Shown here: one piece after another, positions 47,023 to 59,800 of the stretch
Position numbering within the stretch: the stretch's first letter is position 1
Layout: each line of letters starts with the position of its first letter
Assembly: GCA_002269645.1 (NCBI GenBank)
Contig: NIVC01002498.1
Coordinates: 1 to 64,000, forward strand
Direction of reading: 5' to 3'
Origin: Macrostomum lignano
Lineage: Eukaryota
DNA: 64,000 nt
Translations under genes and position numbers: made by a program
Notes under the pieces: generated by a model
What the model saw: only the letters and a program-made list of their open reading frames with translations
Databases searched by the model: none
What the model was told of the DNA's origin: nothing

Positions 47023-49038
47023 TATCCATTTGGGTGTCCCTGTGATCCAGATGGGTGTCCCTGTGATCCATTTGGGTGTCCCTGTGATCCAGATGGGTGT
47101 CCCTGTGATCCATTTGGGTGTCCCTGTGATCAATTTGGGTGTCCCTGTGATCCATTTGGGTGTCCCTGTGATCCATTTGGGTGTCCCTGTTATCCATTTG
47201 GGTGTCCCTGTGATCCAGATGGGTGTCCCTGTGATCCATTTGGGTGTCCCTGTGATCCATTTGGGTGTCCCTGTGATCCATTTGGGTGTCCCTGTGATCC
47301 AGATGGGTGTCCCTGTGATCCGGATGGGTGTCCCTGTGATCCATTTGGGTGTCCCTGTGATCCAGATGGGTGTCCCTGTGATCCAGATGGGTGTCCCTGT
47401 GATCCGGATGGGTGTCCCTGTGATCCAGATGGGTGTCCCTGTGATCCAGATGGGTGTCCCTGTGATCCAGATGGGTGTCCCTGTGATCCAGATGGGTGTC
47501 CCTGTGATCCAGATGAGTGTCCCTGTGATTCATTTGGGTGTCCCTGTGATCCGGATGGGTGTCCCTGTGATCCAGATGGGTGTCCCTGTGATCCATTTGG
47601 GTGTCCCTGTGATCCGGATGGGTGTCCCTGTGATCCATTTGGGTGTCCCTGTGATCCATTTGGGTGTCCCTGTGATCCATTTCGGTGTCCCTGTGATCCA
47701 TTTGGGCGTCCCTGTGATTCGGATGACCCTGTGATCCAGATGGGTGTCCCTGTGATCCATTTGGGTGTCCCTGTGATCCAGATGTGTGTCCCTGTGATCC
47801 GGATGGGTGTCCCTGTGATCCAGATGGGTGTCCCTGTGATCCAGATGGGTGTCCCTGTGATCCAGATGAGTGTCCCTGTGATCCATTTGGGTGTCCCTGT
47901 GATCCAGATGGGTGTCCCTGTGATCCATTTGGGTGTCCCTGTGATCCATTTGGGTGTCCTTGCGACCTATTTGGGTGTCCCTGTGATCCATTTGGGTGTC
48001 CCTATAATCCATTTGGGTGTCCCTGTGATCCGTTTGGGAGTCCGTGTGATCCGGATGGGTGTCCCTTTGATCCGGATGTCCCTGTGATCCAGATGGTCGT
48101 CCCTGTGATCCATTTGGGTGTCCCTGTGATCCGGATGAGTGTCCCTGTGATCCGGATGGGTGTCCCTGTGATCCAGATGGGTGTCCGTGTGATCCAGATG
48201 GGTGTCCCTGTGATCCAGATGGGTGTCCCTGTGATCCATTTGGGTGTCCCTGTGATCCAGATGGTCGTCCCTGTGATTCATTTGGGTGTCCCTGTGATCC
48301 AGATGGTCGTCCCTGTGATCCATTTGGGTGTCCCTGTGATCCATTTGGGTGTCCTTGCGACCTATTTGGGTGTCCCTGTGATCCATTTGGGTGTCCCTGT
48401 GATCCAGATGGGTGTCCCTGTGATCCATTTGGGTGTCCCTGTGATCCATTTGGGTGTCCCTGTGATCCATTTGGGTGTCCCTGTGATCCAGATGGGTGTC
48501 CCTGTGATCCGGATGTCCCTGTGATCCAGATGGTCGTCCCTGTGATTCATTTGGGTGTCCCTGTGATCCAGATGGGTGTCCCTGTGATTCATTTGGGTGT
48601 CCCTGTGATCCATTTGGGTGTCCTTGCGACCTATTTGGGTGTCCCTGTGATCCATTTGGGTGTCCCTGTGATCCATTTGGGTGTCCCTGTGATCCATTTG
48701 GGTGTCCGTGTGATCCAGATGGGTGTCCCTGTGATCCATTTGGGTGTCCCTGTGATCCGGATGGGTGTCCCTGTGATCCGGATGACCCTGTGATCCAGAT
48801 GGGTGTCCCTGTGATCCGGATGGGTGTCCCTGTGATCCAGATGGGTGTCCCTGTGATCCATTTGGGTGTCCGTGTGATCCGGATGGGTGTCCCTGTGATC
48901 CGGATGACCCTGTGATCCAGATGGGTGTCCCTGTGATCCGGATGGGTGTCCCTGTGATCCAGATGGGTGTCCCTGTGATCCGGATGGGTGTCCCTGTGAT
49001 CCAGATGGGTGTCCCTGTGATCCGGATGGGTGTCCCTT
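47023..49038. repeat. 21-bp tandem array, about 2 kb
   Basis: Unit GGGTGTCCCTGTGATCC(ATTT/AGAT/GGAT). Confidence 0.97.
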
Positions 49039-49540
49039 GCAAAATTTCGAGTACTGAGAACTTAGCTTGCTCAGCTGAGGCCCCCGAACTGCTTCTGTCT
49101 GCATTGGCAAAAATAAATTACTATTTTTAGGCTAGAAAAATTAAGAACAAAACTTTTGTAGGGCAAGCTCGGCTTTGAGAGCTCTGCTACCCAAGCAGAC
49201 TGCAGGTGATAAGATATGGTTTTATTGCCACCTGATGCCTGGGTGGCTTGCACTCTGAATACTTTATTAAACTCGTTAGTCTGTGCAAAGTGGAACTGGG
49301 TAGTTTATAAAGTGGTTATCTCTGAAAAGTACTTTTATGATTTTTAACTTTATTTGAATAGAATCTGGAATTTTGAAGCTGGACTACTGATAGTAATATA
49401 TTTCTCTAATCGATCACATAGATAGAGACCTACCTACCTTCCGACAAACCATTTTTAGTATGTTACGAGCGTAGATTAGTATTGGTAGATATGCTCGTAA
49501 CAGTCTCCATGCGATACAGTGAGAAGAAAAATAGATAAGA

Positions 49541-50893
49541 TGTGATAGATGCGGCTCTGCAATTTGATAGATAAGGCTCTACAATGTGATAGATAAGGCT
49601 CTGCAATGTGATAGATGCGGCTCTGCAATTTGATAGATAAGGCTCTGCAATGTGATAGATAAGGCTCTGCAATGTAATAGATGCGGCTCTGCAATTTGAT
49701 AGATAAGGCTCTACAATGTGATGGATGCGGCTCTGCAATTTGATAGATAAGGCTCTACAATGTGATAGATAAGGCTCTGCAATGTGATAGATGCGGCTCT
49801 GCAATTTGATAGATAAGGCTCTACAATGTGATAGATAAGGCTCTGCAATGTGATAGATGCGGCTCTGCAATTTGATAGATAAGGCTCTGCAATGTGATAG
49901 ATAAGGCTCTGCAATGTGATAGATGCGGCCCTGCAATGTGATAGATAAGGCTCTGCAATGTGATAGATAAGGCTCTGCAATGTGATAGATGCGGCTCTGC
50001 AATTTGATAGATAAGGCTCTGCAATGTGATGGATGCGGCTCTGCAATTTGATAGATAAGGCTCTACAATGTGATAGATAAGGCTCTGCAATGTGATAGAT
50101 AAGGCTCTGCAATGTGATAGATAAGGCTCTGCAATGTGATAGATGCGGCTCTGCAATTTGATAGATAAGGCTCTGCAATGTGATAGATAAGGCTCTGCAA
50201 TGTGATAGATGCGGCTCTGCAATTTGATAGATAAGGCTCTGCAATGTGATAGATAAGGCTCTGCAATGTGATAGATGCGGCCCTGCAATGTGATAGATAA
50301 GGCTCTGCAATGTGATAGATAAGGCTCTGCAATGTGATAGATGCGGCTCTGTAATGTGATAGATAAGGCTCTGCAATGTAATAGATAAGGCTCTGCAATG
50401 TGATAGATAAGGCTCTGCAATGTGATAGATGCGGCCCTGCAATGTGATAGATAAGGCTCTGCAATGTGATAGATAAGGCTCTGCAATGTGATAGATAAGG
50501 CTCTGCAATGTGATAGATAAGGCTCTGCAATGTGATAGATAAGGCTCTGCAATGTGATAGATAAGGCTCTGCAATGTGATAGATAAGGCTCTGCAATGTG
50601 ATAGATAAGGCTCTGCAATGTGATAGATAAGGCTCTGCAATGTGATAGATAAGGCTCTGCAATGTGATAGATAAGGCTCTGCAATGTGATAGATAAGGCT
50701 CTGCAATGTGATAGATAAGGCTCTGCAATGTGATAGATAAGGCTCTGCAATGTGATAGATAAGGCTCTGCAATGTGATAGATAAGGCTCTGCAATGTGAT
50801 AGATAAGGCTCTGCAATGTGATAGATAAGGCTCTGCAATGTGATAGATAAGGCTCTGCAATGTGATAGATAAGGCTCTGCAATGTGATAGATA
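49541..50893. repeat. 22-bp tandem array
   Basis: Unit GATAGATAAGGCTCTGCAATGT. Confidence 0.97.
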
Positions 50894-51201
50894 GGGGCGG
50901 CGCTCTGTTAATAATTCAAAATTCAGTTAGACGAAAAAAAGTTGCTTTCAAGAAAAAACCCAATGGTTCCCAGCGGTGACAATTTGTCTGGATTGCAACA
51001 TATTGCCGTAAATTGGATGAGCTTGCCAACTTGCCAGAAATTGTCCTAAGCTTTACTTTGGCGGAAACATTATTTAAAAAAAATTAATCGAGTTATCAAT
51101 TTGTGTTACTTGAGCTCATATTGCTCTGTCCAATCTAAACAAAATCTGATTTCACTTCTCAACCAAGGCATCCACGATTCTTAAAAATTGAATTGGTTCC
51201 G

Positions 51202-52783
51202 TCACGGCGAAATGCTGACCATGAGTTTGAGCTCCTTCATCGGAACATCGCCTGTCGGGAGTTTCCAAAACATGTTCTGCCTGTGGTGGATGTACACATT
51301 CGAGTAGATGCCTGTTGGGTTCGGCTTCATGCAACCGTTATACCACCAGCCACCGCCGCCTCTCACGCGGGAGCAATGCGCACTTGACACAACATCATTT
51401 TCAGCATCTAAGGTGGAGAACTGCATTCCTGAGTGGTAAATCATCGCATCGTGATTGACGCTGCAGCGGTCGCTGAGAAACGGAGCCACCGTCAGAGTGT
51501 AGTTGGTGAGCTGGCTCTGCACCATGAAGTTCGGGTGCTCGCAGAAGTAGCTCACATTGTCCCAGGAGGTCATCTCCACCCTCAGCTTCTCGGATCCGCT
51601 TGCGGTGAGAGCGTGGAGGGACCGGAGGCCTGGAGAGGTCAGGGTGACTTGTCCAGTACATCACTCATGACTCTCCATCACCAGCTCTGCTCATGACTCT
51701 CCATCACCAGCTCTGCTCATGACTCAGCCATCACCAGCTCTGCTCATGACTCACCCATCACCAGCTCTGCTCATGACTCACCCATCACCAGCTCTGCTCA
51801 TGACTCACCCATCGCCAGCTCTGCTCATGACTCACCCATCACCAGCTCTGCTCATGACTCATCCATCACCAGCTCTGCTCATGACTCATCCATCACCAGC
51901 TCTGCTCATGACTCATCCATCACCAGCTCTGCTCATGACTCACCCATCACCAGCTCTGCTCATGACTCATCCATCGCCAGCTCTGCTCATGACTCACCCA
52001 TCGCCAGCTCTGCTCATGACTCACCCATCCACCAATTCTCCGAGTTGCCGAAGCCGCTCTCGTACTCAGCCCACGTCCGGTTGAACAGAACCGAGTTGCT
52101 GACGCGCTGCATGAACACGCAGTAGCGACTGTCCTCAACGACGGCCTGCTTTGGACAGGGCTCTGAAATGGGGTGGGTGCGGCTCTGCAATGGGGTGGGT
52201 GCGGCTCTGCAATGGGGTGGGTGCGGCTCTGAAATGGGGTGGGTGCGGCTCTGCAATGGGGTGGGTGCGGCTCTGCCCTTTGGTTGTCTCAGTGTTACAG
52301 TCCAGTGAGCTCATCGAAAATCAACCTGAGCTTCACCTGTCGAGTAGCAGGTGTCGGTGAGCTTATCGAAGGAGCTGCGAGTCTCCGAGGTCTCAGAGCC
52401 CCAGCAGTCGATCGGCCTGTCGGCCATGCAGCATCTCTGATGCAGCTGGTGGAAGTCGAACCACCTGCAGGTTTTCCACGCGGTGCACAAGGTCGCGCAC
52501 TCGATGAAGCTGCGAGCGGCCACCTGAGACGATGAGGCAGCTGCCGGTGTCTCAGGAGTCGTAGCACCTTGCCGCTTCATCTCGAAGCTGCAGGTGTCTG
52601 CAAGTTTAGATTCAGGTTATCTGCTGTGCATGAAGCGCCACTGCGGGCTGCCAAGAGTAATGAAAAAATGAGTCAAATGAACAACTCACAGCCAGTCGCG
52701 TGAGTTCCTAACTGCAGAAGCAGTGCGGCTGTCTCGATCATCAAGAAGACACGCGAATTTGTGCTCAGTTCGATGTGTGCCAT
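51202..52783 (-). CDS. PAN + fibrinogen-related domain (FReD) secreted protein, copy A
   Basis: Exons 52690-52783, 52337-52597, 52025-52162, 51202-51629, all phase 1. PAN-like SFIECATLCTAWKTCRWFDF..C; FBG motifs FNRTWAEYESGFG..WWMGL, MQFSTLDAEND, GGGGWWY..C. Confidence 0.88.
51665..52030. repeat. 27-bp tandem array spanning the donor site of FReD-A intron 3
   Basis: Unit CATGACTCACCCATCACCAGCTCTGCT, which is GATGG/GTGAGT on the coding strand. Confidence 0.95.
52160..52276. repeat. 22-bp tandem array spanning the acceptor of FReD-A intron 2
   Basis: Unit GGCTCTGCAATGGGGTGGGTGC. Confidence 0.9.
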
Positions 52784-53572
52784 GATGGAAATTTTTAGCA
52801 GGCTGCCATAAGCTGTCTGCTTACTCTGTTGTGAAAGCAGACATGATTTATAGAGCCCGCTTGCGTGTCTCTTGTGTGATGCGACAGCCTCTCAAACCTC
52901 CCGCCAGTGGCAGCAGCGGGACCGTGAATTGCTGAGAGGTTGCTGCTATGAAGAAACTGTGAGAAATGAACAGGGATGCTGCAAATCTTGCAGGACTTCA
53001 CAAGGGCGCTGCCACCCCCAAGGCAAGGCAAGGCAAAATTAATGAGCATATTTCCCTAACAAGCTAACTGGCTTGAAACTCAACAATGTGGAAAACCGCT
53101 TGAATGCTGCCAAACTCCCAGATGCCATGAGGCAGCAGTCGAAGGGAAACTGCCGACTCTGCGTGGGCTGTGTCTGCAACCGAAGTACTTTTATGAAACC
53201 TTTGTCACTTTTGAGTCACCATATGCCTCTGTTTATTGACTAATGCTGCTTCCATTCGCTTTGGCGGCTGAGCGGCAGGTGAATATTCATAAAAACTATA
53301 ATAATTAATAGTATCCGTTAGAAACCATAGAAACCATAACAACCATAACACCCATTACCATAGTAACCATAGCAACCATCAAGTCCTGAGAACAAGTAGC
53401 GTGGAATTTCATGGGAAGCAAGTACATGTACCTCGCAAGTTCGAGCCCCACTTTTTGGCCCACATTTAAAGAATTTCGCCAGCTTCCTGTAAGCAAAGTT
53501 TACTGTTAGCTTGATTGCTACTTGATTAAATAATATCTGAAGAATTTCGTCAGATTAATTTTTACCAGAGGC

Positions 53573-53700
53573 GCCAGCACCAGAGGCGCCAGCACCAGAG
53601 GCGCCAGCACCAGAAGCGCCAGCACCAGAGGCGCCAGCACGAGAGGCGCCAGCACCAGAGGCGCCAGCACCAGAGGCGCCAGCACGAGAGGCGCCAGCAG
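53573..53700. repeat. 15-bp tandem array between the FReD genes
   Basis: Unit GAGGCGCCAGCACCA. Confidence 0.9.
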
Positions 53701-54191
53701 ACAGATCAAGTAAAGATTCAATGAGACAAAGTCATCCTTAGTTGCCGTGACAAGGTAAATAATTCCCGTTGAAGAGAAACGGATTTTCGTGGGCTCAGAG
53801 TTTACTCTTCAATCTTGATTGTTCTGAGCAAACTGCCGGGGAGCGGAAAGCAGCGCCGCCCAGTGTCGAGCACTCAGTCAGCGTTGAGAAGCACCGGAAG
53901 AGCTGATCGGCACAGGGCGCATTCCAGTGAACAAACACAGCGTTTCACATCAACTTTTTCGAATTCACATCTTTCAGACTCTTCCCGGCAGACAGAGGCA
54001 GCTTTCCCTGCTCGTGCAATCTTCAAAATCAAAGTTTGCTTCTGAATGCCGGAAGGAGAACACGGATGGAGAAGGATCGATAAATGTATTCGTTCTGCTC
54101 GCACCTCAAGCTTGCATAAAAGCGATCCAAGAGACCAGAGTTGCCGCTTAGCGATTCGGTTTGAAAACTCTGAACAGCATTTGAACCGCGC

Positions 54192-55755
54192 ATGACCGCT
54201 CCTGAGACTTTGCTAAGCCAGCAGCCGATCGCCATCGCCACTCTGCTGCTGGTGACATCGCCAGGACTCGCGGCTGCCTGTAAGTACTTAACCAACCAAA
54301 TGGAACGGACTGTACTGTACTGCATCGAATCATTCTATAAATCAACTCTCTCAGACTCCTGCAGCTACCGTCTGAGGCCGTCACCCGAAATTCACACTTT
54401 CGCGGGAGCCACGGCAGCTGCCTCATCGTCTCAGGTGGCCGCTCGCAGCTTCATCGAGTGCGCGACCTTGTGCACCGCGTGGAAAACCTGCAGGTGGTTC
54501 GACTTCCACCAGCTGCATCAGAGATGCTGCATGGCCGACAGGCCGATCGACTGCTGGGGCTCTGAGACCTCGGAGACTCGCAGCTCCTTCGATGAGCTCA
54601 CCGACACCTGCTACTCGACAGGTGAAGCTCAGATTGATTTTCGATGAGATCTGCCGGACTGTCACACTGAGTGGACCAAAGGGCGCACCACACTGAGCTC
54701 AACCTCCCGATTGCAGAGCCGCACCCACCCCATTGCAGAGCCGCACCCACCCCATTGCAGAGCCGCACCCACCCCATTGCAGAGCCGCACCCACCCATTG
54801 CAGAGCCGCACCCACCCCATTGCAGAGCCGCACCCTCCCCATTTCATAGACTCACCCACCCCATTGCAGAGCCGCACCCACTCAATTGCAGAGCCGCACC
54901 CACCCCATTGCAGAGCCGCACCCACCCCATTGCAGAGCCGCACCCACCCCATTTCAGAGCCGCACCCACCCCATTGCAGAGCCGCACCCACCCCATTGCA
55001 GAGCCGCACCCACCCCATTTCAGAGCCCTGTCCAAAGCAGGCCGTCGTTGAGGACAGTCGCTACTGCGTGTTCATGCAGCGCGTCAGCAACTCGGTTCTG
55101 TTCAACCGGACGTGGGCTGAGTACGAGAGCGGCTTCGGCAACTCAGAGAATTGGTGGATGGGTGAGTCATGAGCAGAGCTGGTGATGGGTGATAGGTGAG
55201 TCATGAGCAGAGTTGGTGATGGTGATGGTGAGTCATGAGCAGAGCTGGTGATGGGTGAGTCATGAGCAGAGCTGGTGATGGGTGAGTCATGATTGATGTA
55301 CTGGACAAGTCACCCTGACCTCTCCAGGTCTCCGGTCCCTCCACGCTCTCACCGCAAGCGGATCCGAAAAGCTGAGGGTGGAGATGACCTCCTGGGACAA
55401 TGTCAGCTACTTCTGCGAGCACCCGAACTTCATGGTGCAGAGCCAGCTCACCAACTATACTCTGACGGTGGCACCGTTTCTCAGCGATCGCTGCAGCGTC
55501 AATTACGATGCGATGATTTACCACTCAGGCATGCAGTTCTCCACTTTGGACGCTGACAATGACGCTGCATCAAGTGTGCATTGCTCCCGCGAGAGAGGCG
55601 GCGGTGGCTGGTGGTTCAAGAGATGCGTGTTGCCGAACCCGACAGGGATCTACTCGAATGTGTCCATCCACCGCAGGCAGAACATGGTCTGGAAAGTAGA
55701 ATCTGTTGACATTCCGTTAAAAAGTATCAAGCTAATGGTCAGCGCCACTCCATGA
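54192..55755 (+). CDS. PAN + fibrinogen-related domain (FReD) secreted protein, copy B
   Basis: Exons 54192-54279, 54355-54621, 55024-55161, 55328-55755, all phase 1. Same domains as copy A. Confidence 0.88.
54708..55027. repeat. 22-bp tandem array spanning the acceptor of FReD-B intron 2
   Basis: Unit ATTGCAG/AGCCGCACCCACCCC. Confidence 0.95.
55157..55290. repeat. 27-bp array spanning the donor of FReD-B intron 3
   Basis: GATGG/GTGAGTCATGAGCAGAGCTGGT and variants. Confidence 0.9.
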
Positions 55756-56174
55756 GCACAGCTCCATTCTGTTTGCTGTAGCCTTCACGCTAACTGAGAG
55801 CGGAGTGATAATGAGATGACCCACCCTAGTCGAAATGTTACATCTGAAAACTGAAATGAGCTTAAACCAGCGCAAATGTCTGCCACCTGCTGCACTGGAT
55901 TCTTGAAAATTACAATACTTAACAAAACTTAGTAACCTTTTCGTAGTTGAATAAATTTCACGTAGCATTCTTGTGGTTCTCTTTGCTTGCAAATTTGTAG
56001 CTTTGCATAACACCTTGAGTTGGCGAACTACCAGCTGAATGAAATGATGAGGATACACCGCCTGACACAGACGCTTGTCCTTCCTGTTATTTTCTGTTAA
56101 TCAATCAGATTTTGCTGTCCATGGTAGCAGTCAGTCAGGAGCATTCAGCTACGTGCGTATAGGTTCCTAGAAAT

Positions 56175-56450
56175 GCAGTCACATTAATTTGGGGCTAAAT
56201 TGGAATCTCGGCTTGGCTCTGCTCGTGCAATTGACGCCCTTGAGAGCCAACCCCCCAAGGCGCAGTGAAGTGTACATGCCTAATGATAAATAAGTTAGGG
56301 CCGCTGTACACTCCTGTGAGTGTGTGCCTGTGCGTATGACTGCGTACGTATCCGCGCACTTGTGTGCCTGCTCAGAGGAGTCGGCGGAATGGGCAGTAAT
56401 GCCTCTCGCCGGTTGTGTGACAATGTCGCTTAAAGTGCGCCAGAGAAACT
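56175..56450 (+). mobile_element. SINE copy with a truncated or diverged head, same family as 35004
   Basis: Near-identical body AATTGGAATCTCGGCTTGGCTCTGCTCGTGCAATT..GTCGCTTAAAGTGCGCCAG. Confidence 0.75.
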
Positions 56451-56808
56451 AACTGGTGGTAGTCCTTGATTTCAAATTTTTGCACTTCTAACTTCAAAGT
56501 GAAGAAAAATAGCAAAATCCGAAACACACAAGAAAACGTCCTGTCGCAAAGCAGAATGCCAGTTTCCATGACAATCGGTTGGCCGAGATTCCTCAATGTA
56601 TTTTCGCTGGTGCCAATCGGTGCAAAAGTAGCAATCAGGAATTTGCTAATGAAAATACTGGCAGGCCGACCGAGTCTCACGTCCATCCACCCATCCACGA
56701 CCATCCACGTCAGGGCTGCTAAACGGCGCAGGTGAGATAATTAGACCTATGCTGCTGCTTGGGACTATTTAACAGTGGGGATTCGATCTCTGAAATATGG
56801 TGGGGGGG

Positions 56809-59800
56809 TCAGCATGGCCCGCCTGGCGCCTGACAGACGCCGTGGGTTCGACCCCTGAGCAGGCGGCGCCTCTCTGAGGTCCTGTTGAAAGTGTCCACCA
56901 GGAAGGTGGTGATGCGCTGGAACACGTGCACCTGCGAGTTGGTCAGGCCGTGCGAATCATCTGGATAGGTCTGCGGGCGGACAAAGCGCAATTGAGCCGT
57001 CGATGCGCTATTTTTTCTACTTACAGTAGCAAAAAAGGCTATTTTAAGTTTTTTCTAAAGAAAAAAGTATAACTTTCTGGTTCTATCAATGTTTTGACTT
57101 TTACAACGCTTTTAGTGTGAATAAAATGATTTCAGCTGAAATATGTTACATGCCCTAATAAGACTTCTGTCAAACTTTTACAAACTTCAACCGCGCACCA
57201 TGAACTCGAAGTCAATGTTCTCCAGGACCAGCGCCTTCACCAGCTGGGCGGTGTTCTGGTAGTGCACATTGTCTGAAATTATAAACAGAACGCGCGATAA
57301 TTCCTGCATTTTCTGCTGATGATGATAAAAGCATCTGCGGCCGTACCGTCTGCTGTGCCGTGAACCAAGAACAGGTCTTTGTTCCAGAAGTTGGCCGCCA
57401 GCTGGGTCACGTTTGTTCGCCTGTAGGCCTCCGCACTTTTGTCCGACTTAATGCCCAGGTACCGCTCCGTGTATCCGGAGTCTGAGGGTGATGGGGCGCA
57501 GCAGGGAGGCTGGAGACTGGGTATTGATTCAGAAAAACTTGGGAGAAAGGGATATTGAAATTGAGTGAGGGAGATTGGAATTGAGTGAGGGAGATTGGAG
57601 TTGAGTGAGGGAGATTGAAATTGAGTGAGGGAGATTGGAATTGAGTGAGGGAGATTGGAGTTGAGTGAGGGAGATTTGAAGAGTCGAGAGTGAAGTGCCG
57701 ATACGATGCAATGTAATCATTTGGGAACTATGGAGCTCAGTGAAAATTTGAGCTCTGTCTAAAAGAGAGCTCATTGAGTTCGGGGGCAGGCGCAGCTCGG
57801 GAAATATCAGCATAAAAGCAGATGAAATCTTTGAAACAGAACTCAAATAGACTGGCCGCACGTTGAGCCGCTGGGCCCCTGCTGCGGCTTAACGGCTGGG
57901 CAAACAGCGAATTTCTACCGGGAGAGGAGAGAGGAGAGCCGATAAACCCAATGCGAGTGGGCGAGGGGCTCGCTTTGGAAAATCTTCTTTCATCCAATCT
58001 TCTCTTTTTTCCAAGAGCTGCTCTCGAGCCGAAAGAGTTTCGAGATCGGCAGCAAAGAAATAGGAGAGATCTGTTTGCTTTGGAATGCAGATAATAATGA
58101 TAATACTCGTATTAATAAATATTCAGGACGGCTGCTGGGCACCCTGGCGCAACGCCTTTGGCGAAATCGTCTCTCAACCAGCGCCGAGGGCAAGTCTGCC
58201 CGTTCCGGTGACTCCTCAGCGCGCCAATGCTGTACGTAGCTTTCTAATCGTCAGGAGGAAACGCGACTCTATGAGAAATTCAGTCGCATGGTAGTCTCGC
58301 ATGTCCTTCTAGGTACCCTGCTACTTACCTAGTCACTAAAGTACATAAATGCTCACGTCGCTCGCCTTCTCACTTCCTGATCCTACACACTCCACCCCTC
58401 GATGCACCACCCACCCTCACGTCCTGATCCTACACACTCCACCCCTCGATGCACCACCCACCGGACGTCCTGATCCTACACACTCCACCCCTCGATGCAC
58501 CACCCACCCTCACGTCCTGATCCTACACACTCCACCCCTCGATACGCCAACCACCGGACGTCCTGATCCTACACTCTCCACCCCTCGATACGCCAACCAC
58601 CGGACGTCCTGATCCTACACTCTCCACCCCTCGATACGCCAACCACCGGACGTCCTGATCCTACACTCGCCACCCCTCGATACGCCAACCACCCTCACGT
58701 CCTGATCCTACACACTCCACCCCTCGATGCACCAACCACCCTCACGTCCTGATCCTACACTCTCCACCCCTCGATGCACCACCCACCCTCACGTCCTGAT
58801 CCTACTCACTCCACCCCTCGATGCACCACCCACCGGACGTCCTGATCCTACACACTCCACCCCTCGATGCACCACCCACCCTCACGTCCTGATCCTACAC
58901 ACTCCACCCCTCGATGCACCAACCACCGGACGTCCTGATCCTACACACTCCACCCCTCGATGCACCACCCACCCTCACGTCCTGATCCTACTCACTCCAC
59001 CCCTCGATGCACCACCCACCGGACGTCCTGATCCTACACACTCCACCCCTCGATGCACCACCCACCCTCACTTCCTGATCCTACACTCTCCACCCCTCGA
59101 TAAATCAACCACCGGACGTCCTGATCCTACACACTCCACCCCTCGATGCACCACCCACCCACACGTCCTGATCCTACACACTCCACCCCTCGATGCACCA
59201 CCCACCGGACATCCTGATCCTACACACTCCACCCCTCGATGCACCACCCACCCTCACGTCCTGATCCTACACACTCCACCCCTCGATGCACCAACCACCG
59301 GACGTCCTGATCCTACACTCTCCACCCCTCGATGCACCACCCACCCTCCCGTCCTGATCCTACACACTCCACCCCTCGATGCACCACCCACCCTCACGTC
59401 CTGATCCTACACACTCCACCCCTCGATGCACCAACCACCGGACGTCCTGATCCTACACTCTCCACCCCTCGATGCACCACCCACCCTCCCGTCCTGATCC
59501 TACACACTCCACCCCTCGATGCACCACCCACCCTCACGTCCTGATCCTACACACTCCACCCCTCGATGCACCAACCACCGGACGTCCTGATCCTACACAC
59601 TCCACCCCTCGATGCACCACCCACCCTCACGTCCTGATCCTACACACTCCACCCCTCGATGCACCAACCACCGGACGTCCTGATCCTACACACTCCACCC
59701 CTCGATGCACCACCCACCCTCCCGTCCTGATCCTACACACTCCACCCCTCGATGCACCACCCACCCTCACGTCCTGATCCTACACTCTCCACCCCTCGAT

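Noticed and set aside
46193-50882. DHRDTHL, GCPCDP and HCRALSI repeat ORFs resembling metallothionein or His-rich proteins
   Set aside because: Pure satellite translations with no splice signals, unique termini or frame preference.
53518-53721. (LAPLV)n ORF
   Set aside because: Translation of a 15-bp minisatellite.
58349-59777. Thr/Pro/His-rich mucin-like ORFs
   Set aside because: 47-bp intronic satellite on the non-coding strand of the DPP gene.
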